NCBI GenBank assembly: GCA_052426225.1
Contig: JBNJNM010000006.1
Span: forward strand, 2,604,001-2,668,000
DNA length: 64,000 bases
Source: Zancudomyces culisetae HAW-14-8
Taxonomy: Eukaryota; Fungi; Kickxellomycota
Direction of reading: 5' to 3'
The notes under the pieces were generated by a model. That model had not been told where the DNA came from. It did no database searches and saw only the letters and a program-made list of their open reading frames with translations. The position numbers were made by a program, and so were the translations under genes. Positions 63,549 to 64,000 of the stretch are shown in pieces. Numbering within the stretch: the first letter of the stretch is position 1; every line of letters starts with the position of its first letter.

Positions 63549-63676
63549 AGTTACCAATTGTGGTGGCTTTAATTTGATGACTATTTTAGAATCGCAATTA
63601 TACTTCATAAAATGGGCTAATGATGAACTGGAGGAACTTGGTATTTCATAGTTCCAGCCCTTTTAGCCCAACATCC
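63549..63676 (+). ncRNA. Candidate box H/ACA snoRNA
   Basis: Hairpin (aattgtggt/atcgcaatt), then ANANNA box ATAAAA at 63607-63612, then a hairpin (tgggctaa/ttagccca, ggaact/agttcc, with an internal loop), then ACA at 63671-63673. Confidence 0.4.
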
Positions 63677-64000
63677 ACGCATACATGTTGCGCTCTTAAA
63701 AGACAAAGTAAGGATCGCGATATCACGCACCATGAGATTATAATTGGAAGAAAAAGAAATATATACCATATTTGCAGTACCAGCTAACCCAATCATTTTA
63801 TGATTTGCTTGTACTCAAACATGAATACAAGCAAGATTGTACTCTTGTTTACTTTACTTTTACCTTTACCTTTCACTAATGATATAGAAAAGGGGAGGAG
63901 CAGTGATGATGGACAGTGGAGGCGGAGAGCATTAAAGTTGGTTGTAAATCATGTGTCCATTTCAAATAACCTTGGCCGGTTACTCAATTATAAAAATAAA

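Overview
AT-rich, intron-containing eukaryotic DNA. The gene set and style point to an early-diverging fungus; a Harpellales/Kickxellomycotina insect-gut fungus is my guess, not verifiable here. Most of the window is housekeeping genes: VPS25, CWH41, TFIP11, an MKK1-type MAPKK, NAD kinase, a C2H2 factor, a WKF-domain protein, IRC3, APC4, UBP6, SIZ1, LSM8, an ETR1/MECR-family reductase, EMC3, PLP2, ARG4 and an areA-type GATA factor. Several of these are split into exons that the ORF track misses, including a NUR1/Mug154-like gene at 50.1-52.3 kb. Two structures stand out. (1) At 17.7-21.0 kb, an 833-bp near-perfect inverted repeat holds a promoter plus signal peptide and drives two divergent, distantly related small secreted Cys proteins; identity stops where the leader ends. 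(2) A ~15-kb block (40.1-55.0 kb) is bounded by ~290-bp inverted repeats, and inverting it back restores a tandem array of fatty-acid elongase genes. The two intact elongases share an identical 465-bp 5' part but have different 3' ends and promoters. Both loci show the same pattern: inverted copies, homogenised 5' ends, variable 3' payload. No tRNA, rRNA, CRISPR array or recognisable transposase was found. All alignments were done by eye.
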